64,000 nucleotides of DNA from a virus (Duplodnaviria; Caudoviricetes): IMG/VR virus record IMGVR_UViG_3300035208_002115. One strand, given 5' to 3'. The notes beneath the pieces are model-generated. The model searched no databases and had not been told where the DNA came from. It was given only the letters and a program-made list of their open reading frames with translations. The position numbers were made by a program, and so were the translations under genes. Positions 1 to 9,319 of the stretch are shown in pieces (positions within the stretch are counted from its first letter, which is position 1; each line of letters starts with the position of its first letter).

Positions 1-63
1 ATCATCTGGTGAATTTTATTTGAAATCTATAAATCTGTAAACAATAAAATAATATCCAAAACC

Positions 64-327
64 TTGGAATATTGGACAGACAAATTAATAAATAATATAA
101 TTAATATTTTAATAAAAAGACGTGAAAAAGTCTTTGGATATATTATTATATCTAAAAAAAATATTTTAGAAACATTAGAATGGACTATGTTCTTTTTGTA
201 TTGGATATCGTTTATATTTATAAATTATTTTTTCATCGATGGTCAATACATAAAAACGTTTATAACTATTGGGTGTACAGTTATTTTTGCTTGTTTATAT
301 TTTTTATTTCAAAGACTTAATAAGTAG
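64..327 (+). CDS. hypothetical membrane protein (start uncertain)
   Basis: ORF with two hydrophobic segments; abuts next ORF. Confidence 0.5.
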   Translation: MEYWTDKLINNIINILIKRREKVFGYIIISKKNILETLEWTMFFLYWISFIFINYFFIDGQYIKTFITIGCTVIFACLYFLFQRLNK

Positions 328-602
328 TGTTCAGATTATTAGATAATATGATAGCCGATTTTAGTCAAAAACGTGAATCTTTTTTTGAATTCCTCTGTGG
401 AGTATATTCTTTTATTAAAGAACATTTTTTTATTCTTCTACAAACATTTTTAACTTTATTTTTATTATTCATTCTTTCAGCTTTAGTGTATGTTCATATA
501 CACGGAATAGAAGAATATCATAAACTAATAACATTTACATTAATTATTTCTATTATAATATGGTTGATTGTTGTTATTGTTAATTTTATGAAAGAACTTT
601 AG
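327..602 (+). CDS. hypothetical membrane protein
   Basis: ORF with two hydrophobic helices. Confidence 0.55.
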   Translation: MFRLLDNMIADFSQKRESFFEFLCGVYSFIKEHFFILLQTFLTLFLLFILSALVYVHIHGIEEYHKLITFTLIISIIIWLIVVIVNFMKEL

Positions 603-643
603 TATTATAAATAAAAATCATTAAACTATCTTTAATTAAATTA

Positions 644-670
644 AAACAAATCTATTTTTATCATATATAA
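644..670 (+). promoter_or_regulatory. putative phage promoter AAAC-N18-TATAA
   Basis: Same spacing recurs upstream of at least 8 + strand genes in the window. Confidence 0.55.
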
Positions 671-692
671 TATCTAAAATTATGGTATTAGT

Positions 693-1121
693 ATGAAATT
701 TAGAGGTAAACCACTCCATTATAATGAATTTGTTTATGGGTTCTATGATAAAAAAATCATTAAAGAAAATATATTAAAATTAGAGTATCATACTATATCT
801 GTACCAGATGAACAAGTAGTTTACGAAATATCTCCTAATATTGTTGATGAATTCACTGGGTTGTATTATGTTGATGGTAAAGAATCTTATGAAAATGATA
901 TTTTCAAAGATGACAGAGGGCGTTTATATAGAATTTATAAAGTTAAAGGTGGGTTTTCAATAAGTTTACCTCAATTTCCATCAACCTTCACAGGTGAACA
1001 ACCATTTCCTTTGCAACCATTAGCTGATGAGCAAACCGTGTCATGGTTTGAAAGTCAGGCTGTTTATGTTGGAAATATACATGATAATAAAGATTTACTA
1101 AAAAAAATATTTAAACAATGA
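693..1121 (+). CDS. YopX family protein
   Basis: MKFRG start, EFTGL..DGKE.YE.DI and VGNIHDN.DLL motifs typical of YopX. Confidence 0.75.
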   Translation: MKFRGKPLHYNEFVYGFYDKKIIKENILKLEYHTISVPDEQVVYEISPNIVDEFTGLYYVDGKESYENDIFKDDRGRLYRIYKVKGGFSISLPQFPSTFTGEQPFPLQPLADEQTVSWFESQAVYVGNIHDNKDLLKKIFKQ

Positions 1122-1708
1122 TGGAAGAACTCGCATTAAGAATGTATTTTTTTGTTCCTTATAATATAAGTCCCATCCAGCAAGCTATACAATCTGGACA
1201 TGCAGCTTTAGAATATGCTCGCCTATATGGTAATACAAAATTATTTAAAGATTTTGTGGAAAAACATAAAACATGGATTATTTTAAACGGTGGTACAACC
1301 AATAATGATATCGATGTAAGACGTGGTTCTTTACAGTTGACGTGGGATTCTATTCGCACGTTTAATAATGAAGAAGGTTATGTTCGAAACAATCCATCTG
1401 GTATGATAAAGGCGAGTTATTTTAGTGAACCAGATTTAAATGATGCTATGACAGCGTTTTGTTTTATTTGCGATGAAAGGGTTTGGAATTATAAAGATTA
1501 CCCAGAATTCGTAGATTATATGATTAATGTAATTGAATGTGATACTAAACATTATCTTGCTAATTATGATTTTATTTCAATTAAAACAAAAAGTAAAGAA
1601 GAATTACAACAGATGTACCCAGAACAGTATAACATCTGGCTAAAAAACATAGGTGGTGAATCTAATTTATTTCTTAGAGAATTATTAAAAGGAAAAAAAT
1701 TAGCCTAA
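1118..1708 (+). CDS. peptidyl-tRNA hydrolase II (Pth2)-like protein
   Basis: MYFFV...IQSGHAALE, WIILNGG and F.EPDLNDAMTA motifs resemble phage Pth2-like proteins. Confidence 0.6.
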   Translation: MMEELALRMYFFVPYNISPIQQAIQSGHAALEYARLYGNTKLFKDFVEKHKTWIILNGGTTNNDIDVRRGSLQLTWDSIRTFNNEEGYVRNNPSGMIKASYFSEPDLNDAMTAFCFICDERVWNYKDYPEFVDYMINVIECDTKHYLANYDFISIKTKSKEELQQMYPEQYNIWLKNIGGESNLFLRELLKGKKLA

Positions 1709-1974
1709 TGGAAGTAGCTGGAAAATATGGTTGTTATTTTATTATGTGTAGATGTTGTAATAAAGGAAGGTGGACTATTACATATCTTAATGACGGTGTA
1801 GCAACTCTTTTTTGTAATCATATTGGAGATTTTACGACTTATAGTATTGGTGATATATTTGATTTAGACGAAGTAACTAATATGAAGATAATTAGTGAAG
1901 CTATGTCACCACCTGAAAATACAAGCGAAATAAGAAAACAAAAATTAGAAAAAATATTCAAAAATAAATTATAA
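1708..1974 (+). CDS. hypothetical protein with C-terminal RxxKLxxI tag
   Basis: Ends IRKQKLEKIFKNKL. Confidence 0.65.
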   Translation: MEVAGKYGCYFIMCRCCNKGRWTITYLNDGVATLFCNHIGDFTTYSIGDIFDLDEVTNMKIISEAMSPPENTSEIRKQKLEKIFKNKL

Positions 1975-1976
1975 AA

Positions 1977-2258
1977 ATGGCAACATTAAGAAGAATTTCT
2001 GATGGTAAAGGTGATTCTGGTGCAAGAGTAGAAGCTATTGCATGGGATGAAGACGGAAAAATTAAAGAAGTTGTATCAAATAGACCAACTGTTGGCTGTT
2101 CATTATTAGTTGGTAGTGTAACTGCTCGGTCATACAGTAAACAAGATTATTGGTTAACAACCGAGGTGACTGAAATTTTGGAAGAACGAATTGATGAAAA
2201 TAAAGTTTTGTATGTTAAATTCAAAACTGGAAATAGTATTTATGAATTTTGGGGTTAG
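1977..2258 (+). CDS. hypothetical phage protein
   Basis: ORF in tightly packed operon. Confidence 0.7.
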   Translation: MATLRRISDGKGDSGARVEAIAWDEDGKIKEVVSNRPTVGCSLLVGSVTARSYSKQDYWLTTEVTEILEERIDENKVLYVKFKTGNSIYEFWG

Positions 2259-2264
2259 GAAAAC

Positions 2265-2516
2265 ATGATTGAAATAAATATTAATATAAATGGTAGGCCA
2301 GTTTTACTTGATATAAGGAAATCTATACGTTGGGTACGATGTTTATTCACAAACACATGCCCGAAATGTAATGGGACTAATCATGTATTATGGCATGATA
2401 ATGGTTTAATAGGTGGAGCTACCTATGGTTATTGTAATAGGTGCTTTGGTGATGGTACTTTTTTCAGAAAAAAAAGAAAACCTACATTATTATTCAAAAA
2501 TAACCCTAAAATATAA
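2265..2516 (+). CDS. small zinc-ribbon protein
   Basis: CPKCNG...CNRCFGDG (DnaJ-type CxxCxGxG pairs). Confidence 0.6.
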   Translation: MIEINININGRPVLLDIRKSIRWVRCLFTNTCPKCNGTNHVLWHDNGLIGGATYGYCNRCFGDGTFFRKKRKPTLLFKNNPKI

Positions 2517-2526
2517 TAAAATACTT

Positions 2527-2557
2527 TTTGTTGATTAAAAAATTAGTTATACTTTTG
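2527..2557 (+). promoter_or_regulatory. Bacteroidota-type sigmaA promoter
   Basis: TTTG (2527-2530) - 19 nt - TACTTTTG (2550-2557), matching the -33/-7 consensus. Confidence 0.7.
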
Positions 2558-2591
2558 GTTCTCTCAAATAAAAAAAATAAATCTACATAAT

Positions 2592-3545
2592 ATGAAAAAA
2601 AATAATTTAGCCTCTACTGGTTTAAGCTTATCACAGGCACAGTCAATTTCCAATTTGTGTAACCAAGCTGCAAAAGAAATTGAAAGAACAATTGATGAAA
2701 TAAATAATTGTTCTAAAACGATAAAGGTTAATTCAAAAGACCACACACTATTAGAATCACATCCACTACCTGAAAATATTATTGAACTTATTGAAAAGAA
2801 AGGTAGACTTCATGCTTGTCAGGCTTTTCTTATGGAAAATATTCGTGCCAAAGATAGTCTTTTAAATGAAGCTAAGATGGAATTACCTGATATTTCAGGT
2901 ATTGAAAAACCAAAACAACCAGAATATAAAGTAGCCAATATTATACCAAATGTTACTGACGACTGGGGTTGGTCTCAACTTTCTGCAACGGAAGTTAATG
3001 AATATACTGAGGCCGAGGCTATGGCTTCTCATATTGGTTTGTTTATCCATAAAGGTTCTAAATTAGATTTACTTCGTAGAGAGTTGTCGGTTATACCTTC
3101 TATCGAATGGTTCAATGTTGAAGATGGTAAAAAAACACCTGTCGAGATAAAAAAACACCACAACGCAGAAAAGTTGTTAAAACTACATGAAGAACTGGCT
3201 GCAAAACACCGAGATTATGAAAAACGTGTTAACTATTATAAGGCTAAAGTTAAGAACTTAAATACACAGGAGAATGCAGGTATCGCAAAAGTTAATGCAG
3301 ATGCTCAAACAGAGGTTGAAAAATACAATTCGGAACTTTCAGCAGAATACACCAATTTTCAAAAAATATATAGTGAAAAGGTTAAAACTGTTAAATCTGA
3401 GTTTGAAATAAAACGTCAGAATAATATTAAAAATATCGTTTCACTTCGTATTCAGGTTGACCTGCGCTTTCAGAAAACCGTTGATGAATTTCTGAAGAAC
3501 CTTGGTAAAGAAGAAGAAAAAAACGAAGAAAAAAACGAAGAATAA
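2592..3545 (+). CDS. hypothetical coiled-coil protein (317 aa)
   Basis: Long helical E/K/A-rich ORF with own promoter; followed by structured intergenic region. Confidence 0.8.
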   Translation: MKKNNLASTGLSLSQAQSISNLCNQAAKEIERTIDEINNCSKTIKVNSKDHTLLESHPLPENIIELIEKKGRLHACQAFLMENIRAKDSLLNEAKMELPDISGIEKPKQPEYKVANIIPNVTDDWGWSQLSATEVNEYTEAEAMASHIGLFIHKGSKLDLLRRELSVIPSIEWFNVEDGKKTPVEIKKHHNAEKLLKLHEELAAKHRDYEKRVNYYKAKVKNLNTQENAGIAKVNADAQTEVEKYNSELSAEYTNFQKIYSEKVKTVKSEFEIKRQNNIKNIVSLRIQVDLRFQKTVDEFLKNLGKEEEKNEEKNEE

Positions 3546-3550
3546 GACAT

Positions 3551-3906
3551 TGGGTGGTTAACAAAGGAAGTATAAACCTACTTTGTTAATCTTTGTGCTT
3601 AGTGAGGGGGTTCTAAAATATATATGCTTTAAAACAGCAATACATTTAAGAATGGTATCTTAAAACAGAAATTATCCGCTTCGGTGGATAAAAACCGCCC
3701 CTTCTGCAAATTAAAAATTAAGTTTTTTTGGATTTCTTTTACAAAAAAGACCAAGATGTAAAACAGATTGCACGTATACGTGAGAACTGGTTTACAAAAA
3801 AAGACTTAATCTTTGTCATTGCCTTTGAGTGGAAGGGGGTCTTTGATTTTGATATTGTATTTAGCATTAGCTATATACCTTCTTCACTAAGCAACCATTT
3901 TTTTTT
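3551..3906 (+). ncRNA. candidate structured ncRNA (unknown family)
   Basis: Long-range stem 3596-3611/3877-3893, inner stem 3698-3707/3829-3838, C(UUCG)G hairpin 3672-3691, hexamer repeats 3811-3870, ends in U-tract. Confidence 0.55.
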
Positions 3907-3930
3907 AATAACTAAACAAACTATATATGC

Positions 3931-3967
3931 AAGAATCCAGAACATGATGTTTTGGATTCTTTTTTTT
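3931..3967 (+). terminator. intrinsic terminator
   Basis: AAGAATCCAGAACA/TGTTTTGGATTCTT stem followed by T run. Confidence 0.65.
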
Positions 3968-4011
3968 AAACAAAACACGTTCTTTTAGATATAATTCTAA
4001 AAGGATTTGTT

Positions 4012-4302
4012 ATGTATTCAGACCATATTTTTACTATACTATATACAATGTGTGACATAGCTGATGTAGATTATTATTCAATAGATTTTCAGTCTGATGG
4101 GTGGTATTCTAAACATACATGGTCTAAAAATGAAGAATATGATTTTAAAGTGTGGTTTTATGAATACCTCAGAGATAATAAAGAGGCCAGAAAAGAAATA
4201 ATGAATTACCCGTCTACAAAATCAAAAAATATAGAAGAAGCGGTCAGTTTTTTTGTTAGTATGTATGGGTTTGTAACACGCAAAGATGACGAGAATAAAT
4301 AA
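4012..4302 (+). CDS. hypothetical protein
   Basis: ORF downstream of AAAC-N18-TATAA motif (3968-3994). Confidence 0.7.
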   Translation: MYSDHIFTILYTMCDIADVDYYSIDFQSDGWYSKHTWSKNEEYDFKVWFYEYLRDNKEARKEIMNYPSTKSKNIEEAVSFFVSMYGFVTRKDDENK

Positions 4303-4340
4303 TTATCGTTTTATCATAAATTATTTCTATTTTTGTTTAT

Positions 4341-4757
4341 ATGATAACTTTTGAAGAAATATTATTATTAACCAGAAACCAAGAACTGGAATTTAATCCT
4401 GTTTACGATTTTATGGTAAGTAAAATTATTATTGATGGGTTTTCTGTATGTTTTACCAATATTATTAGTACTGGGGTTGTATCATCAACTAATTCAAATA
4501 TTCATAGATATAAAATAATATCTAATGATAAGAATATTTTGATTGATGTATCTAAACAAAGACAGTCGGATGTGTTGATGAGATTCTTTTTCCCTACTTC
4601 TGATATTTCTCAAAAGATGACTTATAATGTGGAGTTTACATCATTTTTGGCTAATAACGATATAGATTTAATATGTAGTGATTGGTTGTTGAGTCAATTA
4701 TGTTCTAAAAAATTTCTTAGAAAAAGAAAAATAGAAGAATTAAACATTTTTATGTAA
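4341..4757 (+). CDS. hypothetical protein with C-terminal RxxKIxxL tag
   Basis: Ends LRKRKIEELNIFM. Confidence 0.65.
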   Translation: MITFEEILLLTRNQELEFNPVYDFMVSKIIIDGFSVCFTNIISTGVVSSTNSNIHRYKIISNDKNILIDVSKQRQSDVLMRFFFPTSDISQKMTYNVEFTSFLANNDIDLICSDWLLSQLCSKKFLRKRKIEELNIFM

Positions 4758-4815
4758 CAAGAATATCTGTTTAACTATTTTTTTATTATCTTAGTCAAAA
4801 CTTTCTAACAAAATC

Positions 4816-5100
4816 ATGGAGTTATTCAATACCGTTCAAAGTGTTCACGATATTATATCGACCTATAAAAAACAATATGTGGTTATAACGTTATATAAGA
4901 GTGTGATAAATAATAGATGGGTGATACATTTTGAAGGTAAGTATGTTAATAATTCAATATATATTTATAAAGCTGTCGCAAAGGAACTTCTTAAAAATAA
5001 ATATTTTATTATATCAGTTCATTCTATTAATAATGATATAGAGTATAATTATAATCCAATAAAGTTGAGACGGGAAAAAATACGGGTTTTACAGTATTAA
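4816..5100 (+). CDS. hypothetical protein with C-terminal RxxKIxxL tag
   Basis: Ends LRREKIRVLQY. Confidence 0.6.
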   Translation: MELFNTVQSVHDIISTYKKQYVVITLYKSVINNRWVIHFEGKYVNNSIYIYKAVAKELLKNKYFIISVHSINNDIEYNYNPIKLRREKIRVLQY

Positions 5101-5390
5101 ACATCGAGTTCGATGTTCCACTCCACGTTTAAAGGTTCATCTTCAACTATACCAAAATCTTTTCCAGCTAATATTTCTTCGGCTATTTTTTGACGAACTT
5201 CAGGTTTTATTTCATTTTCAGACATTCGACCTTCATGATTAAAACATTCTATTTCGAAACTATGTTCTAAATTCTCGTGATAATCTGCACTGGCTGTTAA
5301 ATCACCAGCCAGTACAGCATCTGAAATAATTTGTCTTTGTATATCATCCAACGAGTTATGAAATTCTTCAAATAATTTAACGTGTTTCAT
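5097..5390 (-). CDS. acidic protein with capsid-targeting-like N-terminus
   Basis: Starts MKHVKLFEEF. Confidence 0.7.
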   Translation of the reverse strand: MKHVKLFEEFHNSLDDIQRQIISDAVLAGDLTASADYHENLEHSFEIECFNHEGRMSENEIKPEVRQKIAEEILAGKDFGIVEDEPLNVEWNIELDV

Positions 5391-5406
5391 TCGTAATTTT
5401 ATATTT

Positions 5407-5832
5407 TTATTCTAAATAAAGTTTTCCATCATCACCTATTACAACTCTTAATTCTCTGAATTCGTGACATATTTTCGATATTTTATCACCGATTTCATAT
5501 CCAATTTCTTTTCTATCCCAGAAACCTGCACCGTGATGATTACGTGTTAACCAGAAATCATGGCCAATCATATCATTAGTAACATTGGTCAAATATTGCC
5601 CTGCTTTTTCCATAAATTGCTCTATTTCTTCTTTAGCTCTGACTCTTGTTTCATCGCTAAAATCGAATATTGTAAAAGCTTTAGCAGAATCATCTCCAAC
5701 TTCTTCAGCCATACGGTCTTCATCTGTCCATAATGCAGTTTCAAAATATGAATTTAATATTTCATCAACATCATGTTCTATTGGTGACGGTTCGGATTGT
5801 GAAAATTCTTCGAATAATTTAAGATGTATCAT
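5407..5832 (-). CDS. hypothetical protein with capsid-targeting-like N-terminus
   Basis: Starts MIHLKLFEEF; conserved-looking GHDFWLTRNHHGAGFWDR core. Confidence 0.75.
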   Translation of the reverse strand: MIHLKLFEEFSQSEPSPIEHDVDEILNSYFETALWTDEDRMAEEVGDDSAKAFTIFDFSDETRVRAKEEIEQFMEKAGQYLTNVTNDMIGHDFWLTRNHHGAGFWDRKEIGYEIGDKISKICHEFRELRVVIGDDGKLYLE

Positions 5833-6140
5833 TATTTACCTTCTTTTTTTTGTTTCTTTAAAATAGCGTCTTGTAATGCCTTCGGTAATTTTTTCTGACC
5901 TGCGGTTAAACCTTCTTTTTTATCATCTTTATCGTCTTTGTCATTATCTTTTTTACCCTTTTCTGTTTTTTCACTCTTTTCCTTTTTATCCTTTTCATCG
6001 TCATCATCCTTTTCAGGTTTTAGACCTTGTTTCTTTAGAATAGCATCTCGTAAAGGTTTGGGTAATTTTTTCTGACCTGCGGTTAAACCTTTACCTTCTT
6101 TTTTTGACTCGTTAAATTCATTCCATTTTAATATACTCAT
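5832..6140 (-). CDS. K/D-rich protein with internal repeat
   Basis: GLTAGQKKLPK.L.DAILKKQ occurs twice; starts MSILKWNEFNES. Confidence 0.7.
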   Translation of the reverse strand: MSILKWNEFNESKKEGKGLTAGQKKLPKPLRDAILKKQGLKPEKDDDDEKDKKEKSEKTEKGKKDNDKDDKDDKKEGLTAGQKKLPKALQDAILKKQKKEGK

Positions 6141-6201
6141 TGTAGTGGGATTATTTTTTATATTTTTTATATTCTATATATTAGAAAATTATATTATATT
6201 T

Positions 6202-6906
6202 TTATTTTTTAAACAGTCCTTCATCTTCCAACTCTTTAAATATTTTCTTCATTTCTTGGTTCGTTTTATCAGTTTCTTCTTTCCATTTTTCTTCACCTAA
6301 ATCAAGCATTCGCTTTAATATTTTTTCATCGTATGGGTAAGAACTTCTGTTTAACATTTTTTCTATTTCAATATTATTTTTTCTCCATTCTATATGTTCA
6401 TCCCAAGTTAATTCTTTATCCGTTCTTTTTTCTGCCGAAGCAATTGCCCAACGATGATATTTTCTATGTAATGTCCAAGTATCGACAATATATTTAATCC
6501 ATTCATTTAAATCAGGGTAAGAACGAATTTTATCAGCTATTATTTCCAGATAATTTGGGTATAATTGAAAATTCTCTTTCTTATGTTCATCTTCTATATA
6601 TTGAAGTTCACCTCTTTCTTCCCATATTACTGAAAAATCCCATCTTGTACCATTTAAATCATCTGGTCTCTCATTATATACAATCCAAAATCCCAAGTGT
6701 TTGTCATATTCATTAACATCCAAATAATTTAAATAAAATTTTCCAGACGCACATGTTCCTATTTCAAGTGGTTCTTTCATATAAAAATGAAATTTCTCTG
6801 TACCACGACATTTCTTAACAATCGATACTATATATTTATAATTTGGGTTACTAAGCATCTGATTATTTTCATTAAGAAAATTTTGAAAATCTTTTAGTTT
6901 TGACAT
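6202..6906 (-). CDS. hypothetical protein with capsid-targeting-like N-terminus
   Basis: Starts MSKLKDFQNFLNE; TTTATATATA upstream. Confidence 0.7.
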   Translation of the reverse strand: MSKLKDFQNFLNENNQMLSNPNYKYIVSIVKKCRGTEKFHFYMKEPLEIGTCASGKFYLNYLDVNEYDKHLGFWIVYNERPDDLNGTRWDFSVIWEERGELQYIEDEHKKENFQLYPNYLEIIADKIRSYPDLNEWIKYIVDTWTLHRKYHRWAIASAEKRTDKELTWDEHIEWRKNNIEIEKMLNRSSYPYDEKILKRMLDLGEEKWKEETDKTNQEMKKIFKELEDEGLFKK

Positions 6907-6959
6907 ATTAAAAAGTTATATTTGTATTATATATAAAAATAAACATTTTTATTTTCAAA

Positions 6960-7577
6960 ATGAAAGAAATAAAAGAAACTTGCTACAAAGGTACACGAAT
7001 ATTAATCGGTAATGAAAAAAGATGTATCGTAAATAAAATGGCTGAATATCTTATTATTAATAATTATGAAGAAATTTCTATACCAATAATTCAAATGCAA
7101 AATATTTTTGAAAATAAAGTGGGGGTAGAAAATAGAAATTTAATGTTCACATTTACTGATAGAGGCAGCCGAGAAATATGTTTAGCACCTGAATATACTG
7201 CGATAATTCAAAAATTGTCTAAAACTACATATAAATTTCAAAAAGATGTTAAACTATTTTATATACAAGAGTGTTTCCGAGGTGAGAAACCACAACAGGG
7301 AAGATTCAGACAGTTCACCCAATTTGGAGTTGAGGTGATAAATCCATCTAAGAATTATATGGAAGAATTAATTAATATTGCATCTGATTTAATAAAATTC
7401 TTTAATATCAATTTTTTTGAAGTTAATAAAGATGTAACAAGGGGTTTGGATTATTATAAAGATGGTAAAGGATTTGAAATAACTTATGATAAATTAGGTA
7501 GTTCTAAACAAATTTGTGGTGGTGGTGAGTATGATGGTGGTATAGGATTCGCCATTGGTGTTGATAGACTGTTATAA
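6960..7577 (+). CDS. minimal histidyl-tRNA synthetase catalytic core (HisRS/HisZ-like, no anticodon-binding domain)
   Basis: LAPEYTA, motif 2 FRGEKPQQGRFRQFTQFGVE, RGLDYY, GGGEYD, motif 3 GFAIGVDRL; only 205 aa. Confidence 0.8.
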   Translation: MKEIKETCYKGTRILIGNEKRCIVNKMAEYLIINNYEEISIPIIQMQNIFENKVGVENRNLMFTFTDRGSREICLAPEYTAIIQKLSKTTYKFQKDVKLFYIQECFRGEKPQQGRFRQFTQFGVEVINPSKNYMEELINIASDLIKFFNINFFEVNKDVTRGLDYYKDGKGFEITYDKLGSSKQICGGGEYDGGIGFAIGVDRLL

Positions 7578-7604
7578 TTTTTTATTAAAAATATCTTACT
7601 TATT

Positions 7605-7613
7605 TAATATATA
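7605..7613 (+). promoter_or_regulatory. putative late promoter TAATATATA
   Basis: Motif recurs about 20-35 nt upstream of genes with the N-terminal targeting peptide. Confidence 0.55.
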
Positions 7614-7634
7614 AACAAAAAATATTTTTATTGG

Positions 7635-9059
7635 ATGAAGTTTATCAAATTGTTCGAAGAATTTTCTTTAAATGAGTCTCTAACTGATATTGAATATCAT
7701 TTCACATTTGTACGTTCACTTTATAATATACTAACAACAAATCAAATAAATTTAACTCCTGTTTTTGGTAATAAATCAGACAACGAAATCAATAAAGAAA
7801 AGTTATTTGCTTTGTCATTAACGACTTCAAGAAGTAGTGAATTAGGTTACGGTGCATCTTTACCAAAAACTGAGTTGGTCAGATTAACTTTGGATGGTAG
7901 AGAGTTAAACTATGATTTTAAATCAATTCGTGTTGATTATTGGAAACACCCAAAAGACCCAAATGACCCATTGTATACACCACATCCTGATAAAAAAGAA
8001 TTTACCAGAGATTTTTATAGGAATGTGTCTCGACAAAATGAACTGGAAGACCGAATAATATCAGATAAAAATGTGATAAAACCAGCCAATAAATATATCA
8101 AAAAAGTTGAAATTCTTAATGTCGATAAAGAAAAAGCAGAGGTGTTATTATGGCTGGCTAATAAATTAAATATACCACTTTATATCTATGATGAACTAAA
8201 ATATTTCGATGCAGCTTATAAAGAAAAATCACTTGACATTAATCCAAAAGAAGGTAAACTCGAATACAGTGAGTCTAATGCATTCATGTATATAGACCAA
8301 GTATTAGCTATGTTAGTATATAAAGACCCAGAATTGAAAGAGAAAATATACAAAAAACTTGAAGATTTTGATATTGAGTTAAATAAACTTAAAGATAGTG
8401 TAGAAGTAATTACTCGTGAAAGATTTAAACCGTATATTTCTTATCCAAATGAGTTTTATGAAAAGGATAGAGCTTTGTCAGTTGAGAGTGATATTTTTAA
8501 CGCTAAACGTCATTCTAACGAATTATTTAGATATGTAATACATCAATTTGGTTTAGATATGAAAAAACATAATACTAATACAATTAAAGATTATATTCAT
8601 TATAAAGTTTGGAAAGGTAAGAAAACACAGCAAGAATACAATAAAGAATTCAATGCTAAAATTATAAAATTAATAGATAAAACATATAATAATTATTTAA
8701 ACGAATGGCCTACATCATACTATGATAAAGATGGTAATTATCATGAAAATATTTTTGAATATAAACCAGTTATGGATTTATTAAATTCTTATATAAATAA
8801 AATAAAAAAATATTGTTCTGATTATATATTGAAAAATAATGATAAATACCAATATAGTTATATTTTATCATCAAGAGAAATTAACGAAAATTTGAATTTA
8901 AAGGAAAAAGATTTCGAAAATGTTGTTGATGGGTTTGAAAAGGTTGATTCAAAGACCCTATTTCAAGTTATAGAATCGGTAATATGGGGAATAGACAATT
9001 TCTATTATAATGAAGTTAAACGACTTCAAGAAGAATTCGATAATCAATGGAATTCTTAA
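7635..9059 (+). CDS. hypothetical protein, possible N-terminal ADP-ribosyltransferase-like fold; capsid-targeting-like N-terminus
   Basis: Starts MKFIKLFEEFSLNES; YHFT...LSLTTS...ELEDRI pattern. Confidence 0.6.
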   Translation: MKFIKLFEEFSLNESLTDIEYHFTFVRSLYNILTTNQINLTPVFGNKSDNEINKEKLFALSLTTSRSSELGYGASLPKTELVRLTLDGRELNYDFKSIRVDYWKHPKDPNDPLYTPHPDKKEFTRDFYRNVSRQNELEDRIISDKNVIKPANKYIKKVEILNVDKEKAEVLLWLANKLNIPLYIYDELKYFDAAYKEKSLDINPKEGKLEYSESNAFMYIDQVLAMLVYKDPELKEKIYKKLEDFDIELNKLKDSVEVITRERFKPYISYPNEFYEKDRALSVESDIFNAKRHSNELFRYVIHQFGLDMKKHNTNTIKDYIHYKVWKGKKTQQEYNKEFNAKIIKLIDKTYNNYLNEWPTSYYDKDGNYHENIFEYKPVMDLLNSYINKIKKYCSDYILKNNDKYQYSYILSSREINENLNLKEKDFENVVDGFEKVDSKTLFQVIESVIWGIDNFYYNEVKRLQEEFDNQWNS

Positions 9060-9202
9060 TTCTCTGTATAATTCGGTAAACAAACATATGTCTTTATACC
9101 AGCTTTCTGTGCAGCGTTTATGAGTTTCCAAATATGTTCAGCTTTTTGTTCAAGGGTCGAGTCTGTATTCTCCGTGATTTGATTAAATGATATTAGTTTC
9201 AT
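9056..9202 (-). CDS. small protein (48 aa) with capsid-targeting-like N-terminus
   Basis: Hand-translated MKLISFNQITENTDSTLEQK...; below ORF track cutoff. Confidence 0.45.
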   Translation of the reverse strand: MKLISFNQITENTDSTLEQKAEHIWKLINAAQKAGIKTYVCLPNYTEN

Positions 9203-9319
9203 ACTTTTTTATTTTTGATTTAATCAAATGTAGAATATTTATATGAGATAAAAAAATCCTATAATCTTATTATTTTTCCAATTAAATAATAAAATATTTA
9301 TTTATATTAAACAATTTTA

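Noticed and set aside
3728-3988. 86-aa ORF as an ordinary gene
   Set aside because: TTG start in a T run, lies within a structured region and crosses two terminator-like elements; kept only as an alternative in the ncRNA finding.
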